Origin: an uncultured candidate division Zixibacteria bacterium
Lineage (GTDB): Bacteria > Zixibacteria > MSB-5A5 > UBA10806 > 4484-95
Length of the DNA: 64,000 nucleotides
Direction of reading: 5' to 3'
Assembly: GCA_963668625.2 (NCBI GenBank)
Contig: CAXXKA010000008.1
Location: forward strand, 480,001-544,000
The first letter of the stretch is position 1, and each line of letters starts with the position of its first letter. The notes beneath the pieces are model-generated. The model ran no database searches. It had not been told where the DNA came from and was given only the letters and a program-made list of their open reading frames with translations. A program made the position numbers and the translations under genes. Shown in pieces: positions 1-9,585 of the stretch.

Positions 1-803
1 TTCGTTTGAGCATTGAACGGGTTGGGGTAGTTCTGGGATAGGTTGTACTCCCGCGGTAGTGATAGTTCTGGCGTATCGACAGTGTAGAACAGGTTTTTGA
101 GGATGACGTTTAGCATCTCAGCGCGTGTGTTCTGCCCCTCATCGGTGAAGTAGGCAAAGCCGAAACCGTTGTACCAGTCGAAACGGCCAGTTTCGCCGAC
201 TTCAACTATAATCCCGCGTACACCTTGAATGAAAGGAGCTGGTTCAAATATTGCTGTATACCAGCCAGTAACTCTTGGCATGTAATCGTTGTGGGGACCA
301 GGTTCGTTGTACTCAACACTTATCCCAGCAGTTACATCATTGCAGCTTAATCCCACCATGGATGTATTGCATCCTAAGAATGGAATTGTAGTATAATCAA
401 AAACGCCGATGTAATCATCATTTCTAAAATCACCGAAGTTAATGGCTTTACCTCCAAGTTCAGCGTATGCATAAAGCAAATTAAAATGCTCTTGAAGTTG
501 TTGTTCACTCATGAATGGTTCACCATATAGCCTTGAGCCGTCAAAGTCTAATACCACATCGTAAGTATCAAGCTCAAGCATATTGGGAAGAGCATTTACA
601 AAAGTTAAATTATAGCCTTGCCTTGTACCTATAGCAACTAAACTATCAGCGTTGTGGGAGTTGAGCTGATCGATAACCAGGATTGAATCAATATCGGCAC
701 ATTTGTTGAATGGCGTGATACTACTATCCTCAGCAGATAAGGTTTGTATCGTTGCTATCATGATGATTGCCGCCAGCACCATCATTATCGTTTTGTTATT
801 CAT
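1..803 (-). CDS. Secreted protein (runs off window start), paralog of the C-terminal module of 860..4093, with T9SS/FlgD-like CTD
   Basis: Not in ORF track. Hand translation from ATG 803 (RBS GGAGGA): MNNKTIMMVLAAIIMIATIQTLSA-EDSSITPFNKCADIDSILVIDQ...DFDGSRLYGE...GFGFAYFTDEGQNTRAEML...LSQNYPNPFNAQT; frame open to position 1. Confidence 0.9.
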   Translation of the reverse strand, partial: MNNKTIMMVLAAIIMIATIQTLSAEDSSITPFNKCADIDSILVIDQLNSHNADSLVAIGTRQGYNLTFVNALPNMLELDTYDVVLDFDGSRLYGEPFMSEQQLQEHFNLLYAYAELGGKAINFGDFRNDDYIGVFDYTTIPFLGCNTSMVGLSCNDVTAGISVEYNEPGPHNDYMPRVTGWYTAIFEPAPFIQGVRGIIVEVGETGRFDWYNGFGFAYFTDEGQNTRAEMLNVILKNLFYTVDTPELSLPREYNLSQNYPNPFNAQT

Positions 804-822
804 TATTCCTCCCTTGAGAGGC

Positions 823-851
823 GGGTAGATCAGGCAGTGCCTGACCTACCC
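823..851. repeat. GTAG-type REP-like palindrome / intergenic stem-loop
   Basis: GGGTAGATCAGGCA-G-TGCCTGACCTACCC, near-perfect inverted repeat between the stop at 860 and the next RBS; no U-tract. Confidence 0.6.
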
Positions 852-859
852 TTACTATG

Positions 860-3800
860 TTACTTCAACAGTGTCATCTGCTTTGTCTCTGTGAAAGCTC
901 CGGTGTCGATAGTGTAGAAATACACCCCGCTGGCGGCATCGTTGGCATCCCAGGTTATGTTGTGGTTGCCCGCGGGTAACTGCCCCGGTGATATCGTCTG
1001 AACTAACTGGCCTTTTATGTTGTAGATACGAATGTTAACCTCAGTCTCCTCTGGCAGGGCGAAACTGATATTCGTTTGAGCGTTGAACGGGTTGGGGTAA
1101 TTCTGGGATAGTGAGTACTCCTGTGGCAGTGGTTGCTCGGGCGCATCGACAGTGTAGAACAGGTTTTTGAGTATGGCGTTTAGCATATCGGCGCGTGTGT
1201 TTTGGCCCTCATCGGTGAAGTAGGCAAAACCGAAACCGGGATACCAATCAAATCGCCCGGTCTCACCCGCCTCGATTGCCATTGCTCGTGTTCCCTGCCT
1301 GAATGGCATAGGTTCGAAAATTGTAGTACTCCAGCCAGAGTAAGGCATATAATCATCATGCGGTGCAGGCTCGTTGTATGCTATACTCATTCCACCGGTA
1401 ATAGGATTATTAATAAATCCATTCATAACTGAATTAATGCCAAGGAAGAAAGTATCCCAACAGCTAAATATATCCCAGTAATCATCATTTCTAAAGTCCC
1501 CGAAATTGATTATCTTTCCACCATTTTCAGCATATGGGTATAGTAAATCATAATGCTCTTGAAGCACTTCGTCACTCATGAAAGATTCGCCATATAGCCT
1601 GGAACCATCGAAATCAATAACAACATCGTAGTTCTCAAGCTCTAACGAGGAAGGAAGTTCATGTGTTTTACAAATCTCATATCCCTGACGTATGCCTATC
1701 TTAATCAAACTATCGGCGTTGTGTGAATAAGTTTGATCAATGACAAGTATTGTTCGTACATCCGCGCATTTGCTGAGAGGTGTGATATTTTCATCACGCG
1801 GTTCGTACCTGCCGATGGGGATATTTCTATCATCGTAGAACCTGTTAGGATACGAGGCTCTTACTTGTACTTGCCCCGGCCGCCAGATTGTTGAATTGAA
1901 GAAATACCTACCTTGCTGAGTATAACCTATTTTCATTAAATTATTCTCCGGGCTCCAGCAAACTACTTTTATACTGTCAGGTTGGCCATTGTTATCGTAT
2001 CGACCATTGTCATCTACATTGATGATTACCTGCTGTGGGTTTCTTGATGGTGAAATGTGGCTAGGACATTCTGATTGTAAGTATCTGTAACTAGTATTAC
2101 TACGCATTGGTGCTAAGGGGTTGCCAAAGTAATTTAATACTCTAAATTCCTGTGTATAAGGGCATGAAGATCCCCCCATAGCGAGGTAATGGCCAAAAGC
2201 AATTGATCTCTCTTCAATCGGTAAATCACTCATCTCTACAACAAAGAGAAACCTATTCAAGCATTTTAAATAAAACGGGTACGATGGTTTGTACAATGCT
2301 CCGGCAGCACCGATGCAGCTATGAGATGAACCGCTATTCATCAAAAACTCCACCATAGATGTATCACTGTAGTGGTCTACATCCCACCAGCTATAATCAT
2401 CGCAATCAACAGATGCAGAAAAGTCTGGTAAAATGTATATATTACCGCCATACTGATAATTACATCTTTTACTATAAAAGAAACTAAAATTAGATAAGTA
2501 CGGCCCATAGTAACCAGATTGCCTGGTAGTAAACATTGCCGGGTTGCAAGGTGCCATAACCATATTGTAATAGTTATCCCCCCATGGCGCCATTAGTTGC
2601 TCGGGTGTATATACTAAAGGAAGTTCAGCATCGCCATCAGGCTGGCCCTCAAATCCCTCAGGGAAATGAGAAATATTGTATCCAGAGATCGGCTCTGTCG
2701 CATAAAGGTATGATCCCCAATCAACGAATTCGTTAACTGAATAGGTGGCAATATCTCTTACATGCAGATACGGATTATCAAATGGAAGACTTTCCGGTAC
2801 CGGTTGGTTCTCAGAACGAACCATAGCCTCGGCATAGTTTGCAAGTTCGCTTGCATTGTTGCAGGGAATCCTACCGAGCCAGACTTGCGGAATAGTAGGG
2901 TAGATACCATCAATATTACGAGCCTCTAAGTAAGCTCCGTTACCGTTGCCATCATATAACGATAGCTCGCCAACGAGTAATGTGTAAATTATGTCGCTTC
3001 TGTTTAAATCGTCAGGTCTGCCATCCGGGTGCGCCTCGGGAAACGCCGTGTAGAAAATTGGGATGTCGGTGTTGGGGTCATCGCTTTGGGGGGCGAAACT
3101 GCCTATGAGCATCACGTAATTGGTGCCGTACTGCTGTTTGTGATACTTAATACAGTTGCGGATCTTATCCTTGGTGTTGATACCCGTATAATCATGCTCA
3201 ATCCGTTCGCGCGAAAGAGTCAACGGCGGATAACCCATCATGAGCAGGTGATGGGCGATCTTGTAGGTCGGCTCGGTGTCGTAGAAATCGTTGGCGGTGA
3301 TAAGCAGTATGGCGGGGTTGGTAAACTCCATCACCGAATTAACAGTGTCGACATCCCGGAACACGGTCTCGTTGTATTGAAGGATAGCGGTGCCGGAGGG
3401 CTGCCTTGCGGGCACCTGCCGCGGGTTTAAGGTGACCATAGCTTTCTGCACCGCGATATTCAACGCCGAGTCGGCAACGAACATGGCGCTGGGGCAAATC
3501 GGGTCGCGGCTAATCGAGGTGTAGTTAAACGAGAAACTGACACTCTCGACATGGCGTATCTGGTTGGTGGCGGGGTAGTAAACATAGGAGTATATCATCA
3601 CCCGGGCAAACGTGGCCCCGTTGAGATAGTCCTCCCCGATGAACTCTACCGGGTCGGCGGGATACTGCGCCATCGAGTACTCCGCGCCGGGCGGTACGAA
3701 CTCGGGCGGCTGCGGCCACGGGTAGAGTTCAAAGTTAACCAGGCTGTCGGCGATATCGTGATCGGGCGGCTGCACCGGCAGCGGCAGGTAATCCAGATCG

Positions 3801-4093
3801 ATCGGATCGCCAAGCTGCACGGTATAGCTCACGCCATTAGCGATGAGATTTTGCGGCGAGATCTCCATCTCGTAGATCACCGGGATCTCGGGCGCGCCTA
3901 CCTGGCCGGAGTTGGTGAGCGCTAATTCCTCACCGCTAAGTTTAATGTACTGATTGCTATTATAAGTAACTTCGGTTCGATTGAGTTCACCAAAACGAGA
4001 GTGAACATCAATACTGTAATTTGCCAGTGCGAGCTGTGTGGTGAGACCCAAGATGAAAAAGCATATGATCCAAAACATCCGTGTGCGAGTCAT
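860..4093 (-). CDS. Gingipain-like (peptidase C25 family) secreted protein: propeptide, C25-like domain, extra module, T9SS/FlgD-like CTD
   Basis: Signal peptide; propeptide-like 'GAPEIPV...YYPATNQI'; C25-like 'IRNCIK...YVMLIG', 'SDIIY', 'WLGRIP', 'LNYFGNP'; C-terminal 'LSQNYPNPFNAQT...SGVYFY...KQMTLLK'. Confidence 0.75.
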   Translation of the reverse strand: MTRTRMFWIICFFILGLTTQLALANYSIDVHSRFGELNRTEVTYNSNQYIKLSGEELALTNSGQVGAPEIPVIYEMEISPQNLIANGVSYTVQLGDPIDLDYLPLPVQPPDHDIADSLVNFELYPWPQPPEFVPPGAEYSMAQYPADPVEFIGEDYLNGATFARVMIYSYVYYPATNQIRHVESVSFSFNYTSISRDPICPSAMFVADSALNIAVQKAMVTLNPRQVPARQPSGTAILQYNETVFRDVDTVNSVMEFTNPAILLITANDFYDTEPTYKIAHHLLMMGYPPLTLSRERIEHDYTGINTKDKIRNCIKYHKQQYGTNYVMLIGSFAPQSDDPNTDIPIFYTAFPEAHPDGRPDDLNRSDIIYTLLVGELSLYDGNGNGAYLEARNIDGIYPTIPQVWLGRIPCNNASELANYAEAMVRSENQPVPESLPFDNPYLHVRDIATYSVNEFVDWGSYLYATEPISGYNISHFPEGFEGQPDGDAELPLVYTPEQLMAPWGDNYYNMVMAPCNPAMFTTRQSGYYGPYLSNFSFFYSKRCNYQYGGNIYILPDFSASVDCDDYSWWDVDHYSDTSMVEFLMNSGSSHSCIGAAGALYKPSYPFYLKCLNRFLFVVEMSDLPIEERSIAFGHYLAMGGSSCPYTQEFRVLNYFGNPLAPMRSNTSYRYLQSECPSHISPSRNPQQVIINVDDNGRYDNNGQPDSIKVVCWSPENNLMKIGYTQQGRYFFNSTIWRPGQVQVRASYPNRFYDDRNIPIGRYEPRDENITPLSKCADVRTILVIDQTYSHNADSLIKIGIRQGYEICKTHELPSSLELENYDVVIDFDGSRLYGESFMSDEVLQEHYDLLYPYAENGGKIINFGDFRNDDYWDIFSCWDTFFLGINSVMNGFINNPITGGMSIAYNEPAPHDDYMPYSGWSTTIFEPMPFRQGTRAMAIEAGETGRFDWYPGFGFAYFTDEGQNTRADMLNAILKNLFYTVDAPEQPLPQEYSLSQNYPNPFNAQTNISFALPEETEVNIRIYNIKGQLVQTISPGQLPAGNHNITWDANDAASGVYFYTIDTGAFTETKQMTLLK

Positions 4094-4622
4094 ATCTCCT
4101 CCAAGAGTTAAAGGTATAAAACAGTAATTGATTATCAGCCTGCGAATGGGGTGGTTAGCTCGAATCCCAATTTATAGTATGGTTTACTCCAACTTTAATA
4201 ATGTCGATGATTTAATAATGCAAGGTTTGACCAAAACGAGCTATAGCCGTTTGATAGGTTTCCTAAGAATCATTTTAAACCCCTTTCCTTGTGGCTATAT
4301 AAGAAATATCGGCCGGCCTCGATAGACTTTTAGCGAGCCTCCGCAACTTTGGGTTATTACCGATAAATGCAATTTATGCCGCCTCGTTCCATAGCCCAAA
4401 AAATAATTACTCTCTTAGACATGGCATCGCAGTAGATGCCGTCCTCTCTCACTTACTCGAATTGATTATAATCTCCCGATTTCGGGGTGAATGTTTTTGT
4501 TTATCTCATTTACGATTGTTAATGCCGAACTGCTTTCAAGTAGTAGGGGAAATTCGTTGCGGGCTGATGAAAATCATGCCGCCCTATCAAACGAGCCGTG
4601 GAAAAACGAGCCTCGCCTGCAT

Positions 4623-4662
4623 AAAAAAATCGATTATACTACGTATGTAGCAAATCGATTTT
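4623..4662 (-). terminator. Probable intrinsic terminator
   Basis: Minus strand AAAATCGATT...AATCGATTTTTTT inverted repeat ending in a T-tract. Confidence 0.45.
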
Positions 4663-4732
4663 ATTCTTTAGATATTACATTAGTGCTGGATTCATGATAG
4701 TTTGCATTCTCCCCTTAACCAAAACCTTCTTT

Positions 4733-4760
4733 AATATACCAGCAGACAAAAGCCTGTCAA
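4733..4760 (-). promoter_or_regulatory. sigma70-type promoter
   Basis: Minus strand TTGACA-N16-TATATT. Confidence 0.55.
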
Positions 4761-4897
4761 GGGAAAAATGATCTATTTATCTGGCTTATTGACACCTAAT
4801 GCAATAGCTAATAAATAGATAACAAATTGCAAGTTGGGGCACCGCCCGGGCAAGCAAGGACGTACCCTAGCCACGAAATTATCATTCCTGAATTGGA

Positions 4898-5446
4898 TTA
4901 TCGTCTTGCAACTTTGCGTGGAAGGCCGGTTAAGCGTAGTTTCTCGTCAATTAGATTTTCATAACCGGCATTCAGATAATACTCCTCGATATTCTCATAG
5001 GCTTTGATGAACGGCTTGCCATGCCCCATACGTCCATGACGGGTGGCCTCCAATACATGCGCGGACTCGTGAATGAATGTCTCGAATATCTCGGATTCGG
5101 AGTAGGGCCGTATATCTCGCGGCGTCCATTTGTCGTAGGCTTTGTTGTGACGGCCTTTGATCGAGTAGATCCGCACCTCGGAGGGCACGCCGCCGGTATG
5201 GAATGTCACGCCGGCCACGAATATCTTTTTGCGTATCGGGAGATACACCGGCAGTTTCTTCAACTCGAAATCCTCGCTGAGCTGATCGTATAGATGCTGC
5301 AATTCGGCCCGCGCCTGGCCACGAAGTTTTTTAAACGAGGGATCGTTTTTCAGTTGATAGGTGAAATCGGTCAACGTGGAGGTTGCCTGTTGCAAGAGTT
5401 CCACGGCCTGTTTATAGTTTCCGTACTTTTCGAGAGCGTTTGTCAT
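4898..5446 (-). CDS. SprT-like/HExxH zinc metalloprotease-domain protein
   Basis: 'TFIHESAHVLE...MGHGKPF' = HExxH...H motif as in SprT-like proteins. Confidence 0.6.
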   Translation of the reverse strand: MTNALEKYGNYKQAVELLQQATSTLTDFTYQLKNDPSFKKLRGQARAELQHLYDQLSEDFELKKLPVYLPIRKKIFVAGVTFHTGGVPSEVRIYSIKGRHNKAYDKWTPRDIRPYSESEIFETFIHESAHVLEATRHGRMGHGKPFIKAYENIEEYYLNAGYENLIDEKLRLTGLPRKVARR

Positions 5447-5474
5447 TGATTATATATACCTTCATTTAACAAAC

Positions 5475-5507
5475 AGATTGCCACCTTGCCTTGATCCTCG
5501 CAATGAC
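5475..5507 (-). repeat. Dispersed GTCATTGCGAG...GCAATC repeat (family A)
   Basis: Reverse complement GTCATTGCGAGGATCAAGGCAAGGTGGCAATCT; related copies at 17346-17417, 31661-31695, 60283-60317. Confidence 0.6.
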
Positions 5508-5546
5508 TGCTTTGATTAAAGCATGGCGATTGATTTACGATTTGCT

Positions 5547-5939
5547 TTACTTCACATGCTTGCGAAGGCCCAGGACGATGGTGATTATCAATGCTGAAAA
5601 CATAACATGTTGAGGCGCCGAATCGGTCAGCAGGGATGGCATCTTGAACGCGCTGACGATTAGAAACAGTAGGAAATTGGCGATTACTATGCAGAGTATC
5701 ACTATCGCGCCGGATTTCGATACGGTTGATTTGATTTTTGCCGCGAATAATACCAGGGCTATTCCAGAGACCGCCAGCAGGGCCGTCACCTGATGCCAGC
5801 CTATGAAAAACGCGATCTTCGTCAGCTCCGTTGAGTTCGAGTTGTTCAAGTCCGGGATGATTTGTATATCGCCCCAGATAGCATGAGCCACCGAGAGTAT
5901 CAACGATAAGATGCCTGCGGCCAGGTAGTAGTAATTCAT
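5547..5939 (-). CDS. Small four-TM membrane protein
   Basis: Four hydrophobic segments; 'AH..WG' and 'WHQ' motifs; likely start MNYYYL at 5939 (track ORF begins 6026). Confidence 0.7.
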   Translation of the reverse strand: MNYYYLAAGILSLILSVAHAIWGDIQIIPDLNNSNSTELTKIAFFIGWHQVTALLAVSGIALVLFAAKIKSTVSKSGAIVILCIVIANFLLFLIVSAFKMPSLLTDSAPQHVMFSALIITIVLGLRKHVK

Positions 5940-6380
5940 AATCGTATGATATGTATTGTGAGATATTTCAGTCAAGCGGGAAATTATTTCAATCAAGTTA
6001 TCCTCACCGGTGATACAGCCTTGCAATGTACATGTCGGAGGAATATTATCAGTGACAGATTCCCGGCTTGTGCAAGGATACTCGTTGTTGCCGGAGTGGC
6101 TGACATAGTGTTAATGTCGTTGGCGGAAATTATTATTGTAAGTGTGATTTTTAGTATTACTGTATGCTTCGTTTATTTAGCCTGCCTTGGCATGACCCCG
6201 GGTACCCCTTACTAAACAATTTAAATGATCGAATTACCTATACTGCTTTTATGATAAACCTCACTAAGATTATCGAGCAGCGCCTGGTAACCAGGAAATA
6301 ACCCCCGCTGTTTGTAGTACTCTTTCTAGTATGTAGATATTTTGCAGTTGAGTTTGAGCTATGTTTAATCGTATACTCAA

Positions 6381-6662
6381 GTGATGTATAAATATTTGAG
6401 AATCGCTAAAGCGCTTGTCGTATCAGGACATATACATGTTGCATTATCGCTGGGTATTAGTATAATAGCGCTAGCTTATGTTTCAAAGCGGATACTACCA
6501 GAGCCGATTAAACCAATCTACATGAGTATCATCTCACTGATAATGGTGGGTTACGAAAGCCTGATTGGTTCAAACAAGAACTCGCGCCTGGCTAATTCTA
6601 TTTACTGGGTGCTGGCTATCTTCATTGCCACTGCCATAATAATATCTATTCACCTTCCATGA
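6381..6662 (+). CDS. Small hypothetical membrane protein
   Basis: 93 aa with three hydrophobic segments. Confidence 0.55.
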   Translation: MMYKYLRIAKALVVSGHIHVALSLGISIIALAYVSKRILPEPIKPIYMSIISLIMVGYESLIGSNKNSRLANSIYWVLAIFIATAIIISIHLP

Positions 6663-7005
6663 TAAACACTCAAAGTCCATTATATACTCATCCAATAGCT
6701 CCATTGAATATGCATTTGCACCAGTGTTTTATTGCGCAGCTCAGGCTAATATGCTTTTACTTATATCCTTACGGTTATTAATATGTATGAAATAACCGTT
6801 TTAAAATAGGACTATCAATAGCCCGATTAAACTACATTTGTTACATATATATATCTATTGTGAAATAGTGAATTTGTCTTATTAATTATTTGTTATAAAA
6901 TAACATAAATTCACTTGCTAATTAAGCTTAATCGGTTTAGATTCGGATTCGTTATATTTGTGAATATTTTAGCAATGTAAGAAGTACTTTACAGGAGATA
7001 CAGCA

Positions 7006-8547
7006 ATGTCTGCTAAAGATAGAATTCGTTTAAAAGCGCTTCATGATAAAATTATGAGTGCCGAGGAAGCGGCTGCTCTTATTCCCAATGGCGTAAATGT
7101 CGGGATGAGTGGTTTTACCGGCGCGGGCTACCCCAAGGTAGTACCCAAAGCTCTGGCCAAGAGAATCATGGATAAGCATCTCGAGGGTGATAATTTCCGT
7201 ATCAGTGTCTGGACAGGCGCCTCGACAGCTCCGGAGCTTGACGGCGCTTTAGCTATGGTCGATGGCCTTGAACTTCGTTTACCATACCAATCCGATCCTA
7301 TCTGCCGTAAGAAAATCAACTCCGGAGATATGGAGTATATCGATAATCACCTGTCGCATGTGGCCGAGGCCGTATCCTATGGTTTCTATGGCGAACTTGG
7401 AGTAGCTATTATCGAGGTTACCGGTATCACTGAGGAGGGGTATCTGATTCCGGCATCCTCTGTGGGCAACAATGTTACCTGGATTGATTTCGCCGATAAG
7501 GTAATTCTTGAGGTTAACGAGTGGCAAAGCCCCAAGCTCGAGGGAATGCATGACATTTACGGTCAATTGCGTATGCCCCCGAATCGCAAACCATTACCCC
7601 TGGTTCATCCCTCCGATAGGATTGGTACGCCATATATGAAATGCCCCCAGGAGAAGATTGCCGGTATCGTCCTAACCAATACCTCAGATCGTAACACACC
7701 TCTCGCCAAACCCGATGAGAACTCGACGAAAATTGCCCAGCACATCCTGGATTTCCTTGAGATCGAGGTTAAAAGCGGAAGAATTCCGGAGAATTTATTA
7801 CCTCTGCAATCGGGAGTGGGGAATATCGCCAACGCCGTTTTGTACGGTTTGAATGAGGGGAATTTCGAAAATATCACTTCCTATACCGAAGTTATTCAGG
7901 ATGGGATGATCGACCTGTTGGATTCGGGCAAGATGACGATTGCCTCGGCAACGGCCTTTTCGCTTTCACCTGATTTAAACGAGAAAATCAACAAGAACAT
8001 GGATGAGTATCGCAGCAAGATCATACTTCGCGCCCAGAGGATTTCCAATCATCCCGAGATCATCCGTAGATTAGGTTGTCTGGCGATGAATGCTATGATC
8101 GAATCCGATATTTATGGTCATGTTAATTCCACACACGTTATGGGTTCGAAGATCATGAATGGTATAGGCGGCTCGGGCGATTTTGCCAGGAACGCCTCGA
8201 TTTCATTCTTCATGAGTCCCTCGACCGCGAAAAACGGCTCGATTTCATGTATCGTGCCGATGGTTTCGCATGTGGATCACACCGAGCATGATGTTAACGT
8301 GATTGTTACCGAGCAGGGCCTGGCCGATCTTCGCGGACTATGCCCGACCAAACGCGCTAAGCTAATTATCGAAAAATGCGCCCACCCGGATTACAAACCG
8401 ATGCTTCAAGAGTATTTCCGTAAGGCGATGAATTCCTCTCCGGGGAAACATACGCCACATATTCTCGGTGAGGCTCTAAGCTGGCATGAGAGATTCGTTA
8501 ATACCGGAACCATGATGCGTGAGGGAGCGATTGCCCGTATCGCCTAA
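7006..8547 (+). CDS. Acetyl-CoA hydrolase / succinate CoA-transferase family
   Basis: 'GMSGFTGAGYPK', 'LPLQSGVGNIANAV', 'YTEVIQD', 'NGIGGSGDF', 'VSHVDH'; RBS AGGAG. Confidence 0.93.
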   Translation: MSAKDRIRLKALHDKIMSAEEAAALIPNGVNVGMSGFTGAGYPKVVPKALAKRIMDKHLEGDNFRISVWTGASTAPELDGALAMVDGLELRLPYQSDPICRKKINSGDMEYIDNHLSHVAEAVSYGFYGELGVAIIEVTGITEEGYLIPASSVGNNVTWIDFADKVILEVNEWQSPKLEGMHDIYGQLRMPPNRKPLPLVHPSDRIGTPYMKCPQEKIAGIVLTNTSDRNTPLAKPDENSTKIAQHILDFLEIEVKSGRIPENLLPLQSGVGNIANAVLYGLNEGNFENITSYTEVIQDGMIDLLDSGKMTIASATAFSLSPDLNEKINKNMDEYRSKIILRAQRISNHPEIIRRLGCLAMNAMIESDIYGHVNSTHVMGSKIMNGIGGSGDFARNASISFFMSPSTAKNGSISCIVPMVSHVDHTEHDVNVIVTEQGLADLRGLCPTKRAKLIIEKCAHPDYKPMLQEYFRKAMNSSPGKHTPHILGEALSWHERFVNTGTMMREGAIARIA

Positions 8548-8623
8548 TAGGGATGTGCAATGATGCTTACCTTGTTGGCATGCTGCTAAGTAAGCAATCT
8601 TCTTTTTTGTTTAGATACTCCCG

Positions 8624-8655
8624 AACCGGCGGATATTTTATCCGCCGGTTTTTTA
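8624..8655. terminator. Intrinsic terminator between convergent genes
   Basis: AACCGGCGGATA-TTT-TATCCGCCGGTT followed by a T-tract. Confidence 0.8.
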
Positions 8656-8759
8656 TTGATCCTAAAAACCACCGGTTTACCCGGTGTGTACGTTTGAGGC
8701 GAAGTATTTGCAGTAAATTTTATTATCAACAGCGACGACTGATTCTCTCAATAGCTGCA

Positions 8760-9329
8760 CTATCGTATATCTGTCATTACCTCATCCACCTTATCGAATA
8801 CTTTAAGACTCTTCTCGAAACACTCCTGAGATTTATCATAATCACCGAAATCGGCGTAAGCCGCGCCTACTCCCTGAAGAGCCCAGGCCTCGAATTGATT
8901 TTCATCCGTTTGCTAGAAAGTCTTTAAGGCTTCGAGCGCATACGATAACGCCTGATCGTAGTCGCCCATGCTGAGTTTGACACTGCCAAGTAGCTGAAAA
9001 ACCTTAGCACGATTTGCAATCGAACCACTCTGCTCGACCATCGACTTGGCTTTGAACAGCTTCATCAGGGAGGACTCATAGTCTGACATCATGTAGCAGG
9101 CGAAACCCATGAGCGCCATACTGTAGGCGATACCATCATGGTAGGCGAGTTTTTCCGTGATTTCGTTGGTATCGGTTGCCAGTTGAAGGCCGCGCTGGGG
9201 TTCGTTAACTAATACGAGTTGGGTGTATTCGTTTTGAATATCTATACGACAAGTTGATAGCTCGCTTTTTTCTAAAAGCGGTTTAAGCTCAGCCTCTAAT
9301 TCCGCTTGACGAGATTTCTGGTACGACAT
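8760..9329 (-). pseudogene. TPR protein interrupted by in-frame TAG at 8913-8915
   Basis: TPR helices up to ...ALEALKTF*, then in frame QTDENQFEAWALQGVGAAYADFGDYDKSQECFEKSLKVFDKVDEVMTDIR* (second TAG 8760-8762). Confidence 0.7.
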
Positions 9330-9348
9330 GAGGCCTTTCGTGACTTCT

Positions 9349-9558
9349 TTATTCTTTCACCAGCAGTACGTTTATGGCTTTGACCACTACCTTGATATTA
9401 TCGCCCTCTTTTAAACCGAGGTCATCGAGCGATTCCATGGTGCAGACCGAGTTCATGAGAGAACCCTCCGGGATATCCAGGGTTACCTGGCACATTATAT
9501 CGCCTTTTTTGATTTTCTTTACCGTACCTTTGATCTGATTACGTGCTCCGTATTTCAT
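9349..9558 (-). CDS. TOBE/molbindin (Mop-like) protein
   Basis: 'MKYGARNQIKGTV...SVCTMESLDDLGLKEGD...VVKA' fits the Mop/TOBE consensus; start at 9558 after GGAG. Confidence 0.88.
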   Translation of the reverse strand: MKYGARNQIKGTVKKIKKGDIMCQVTLDIPEGSLMNSVCTMESLDDLGLKEGDNIKVVVKAINVLLVKE

Positions 9559-9585
9559 CTTGCTCTCCATTAATTATTGTATGGT

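Noticed and set aside
1-1290. DGR template/variable repeat pair (1-200 vs 1071-1270)
   Set aside because: Mismatches are not adenine-specific, many are synonymous, both copies are coding, and no reverse transcriptase is present; ordinary paralogy
4148-4170. tRNA-like words GGGTGGTTAGCTC / TCGAATCCC
   Set aside because: Only about 22 nt with no cloverleaf; cannot be supported as a tRNA or att site
4128-4697. Short plus-strand ORFs (62-68 aa)
   Set aside because: No RBS or recognisable motifs; mutually overlapping
5946-6215. 89-aa plus-strand ORF
   Set aside because: No RBS or family signal; lies over the upstream region of the opposite gene
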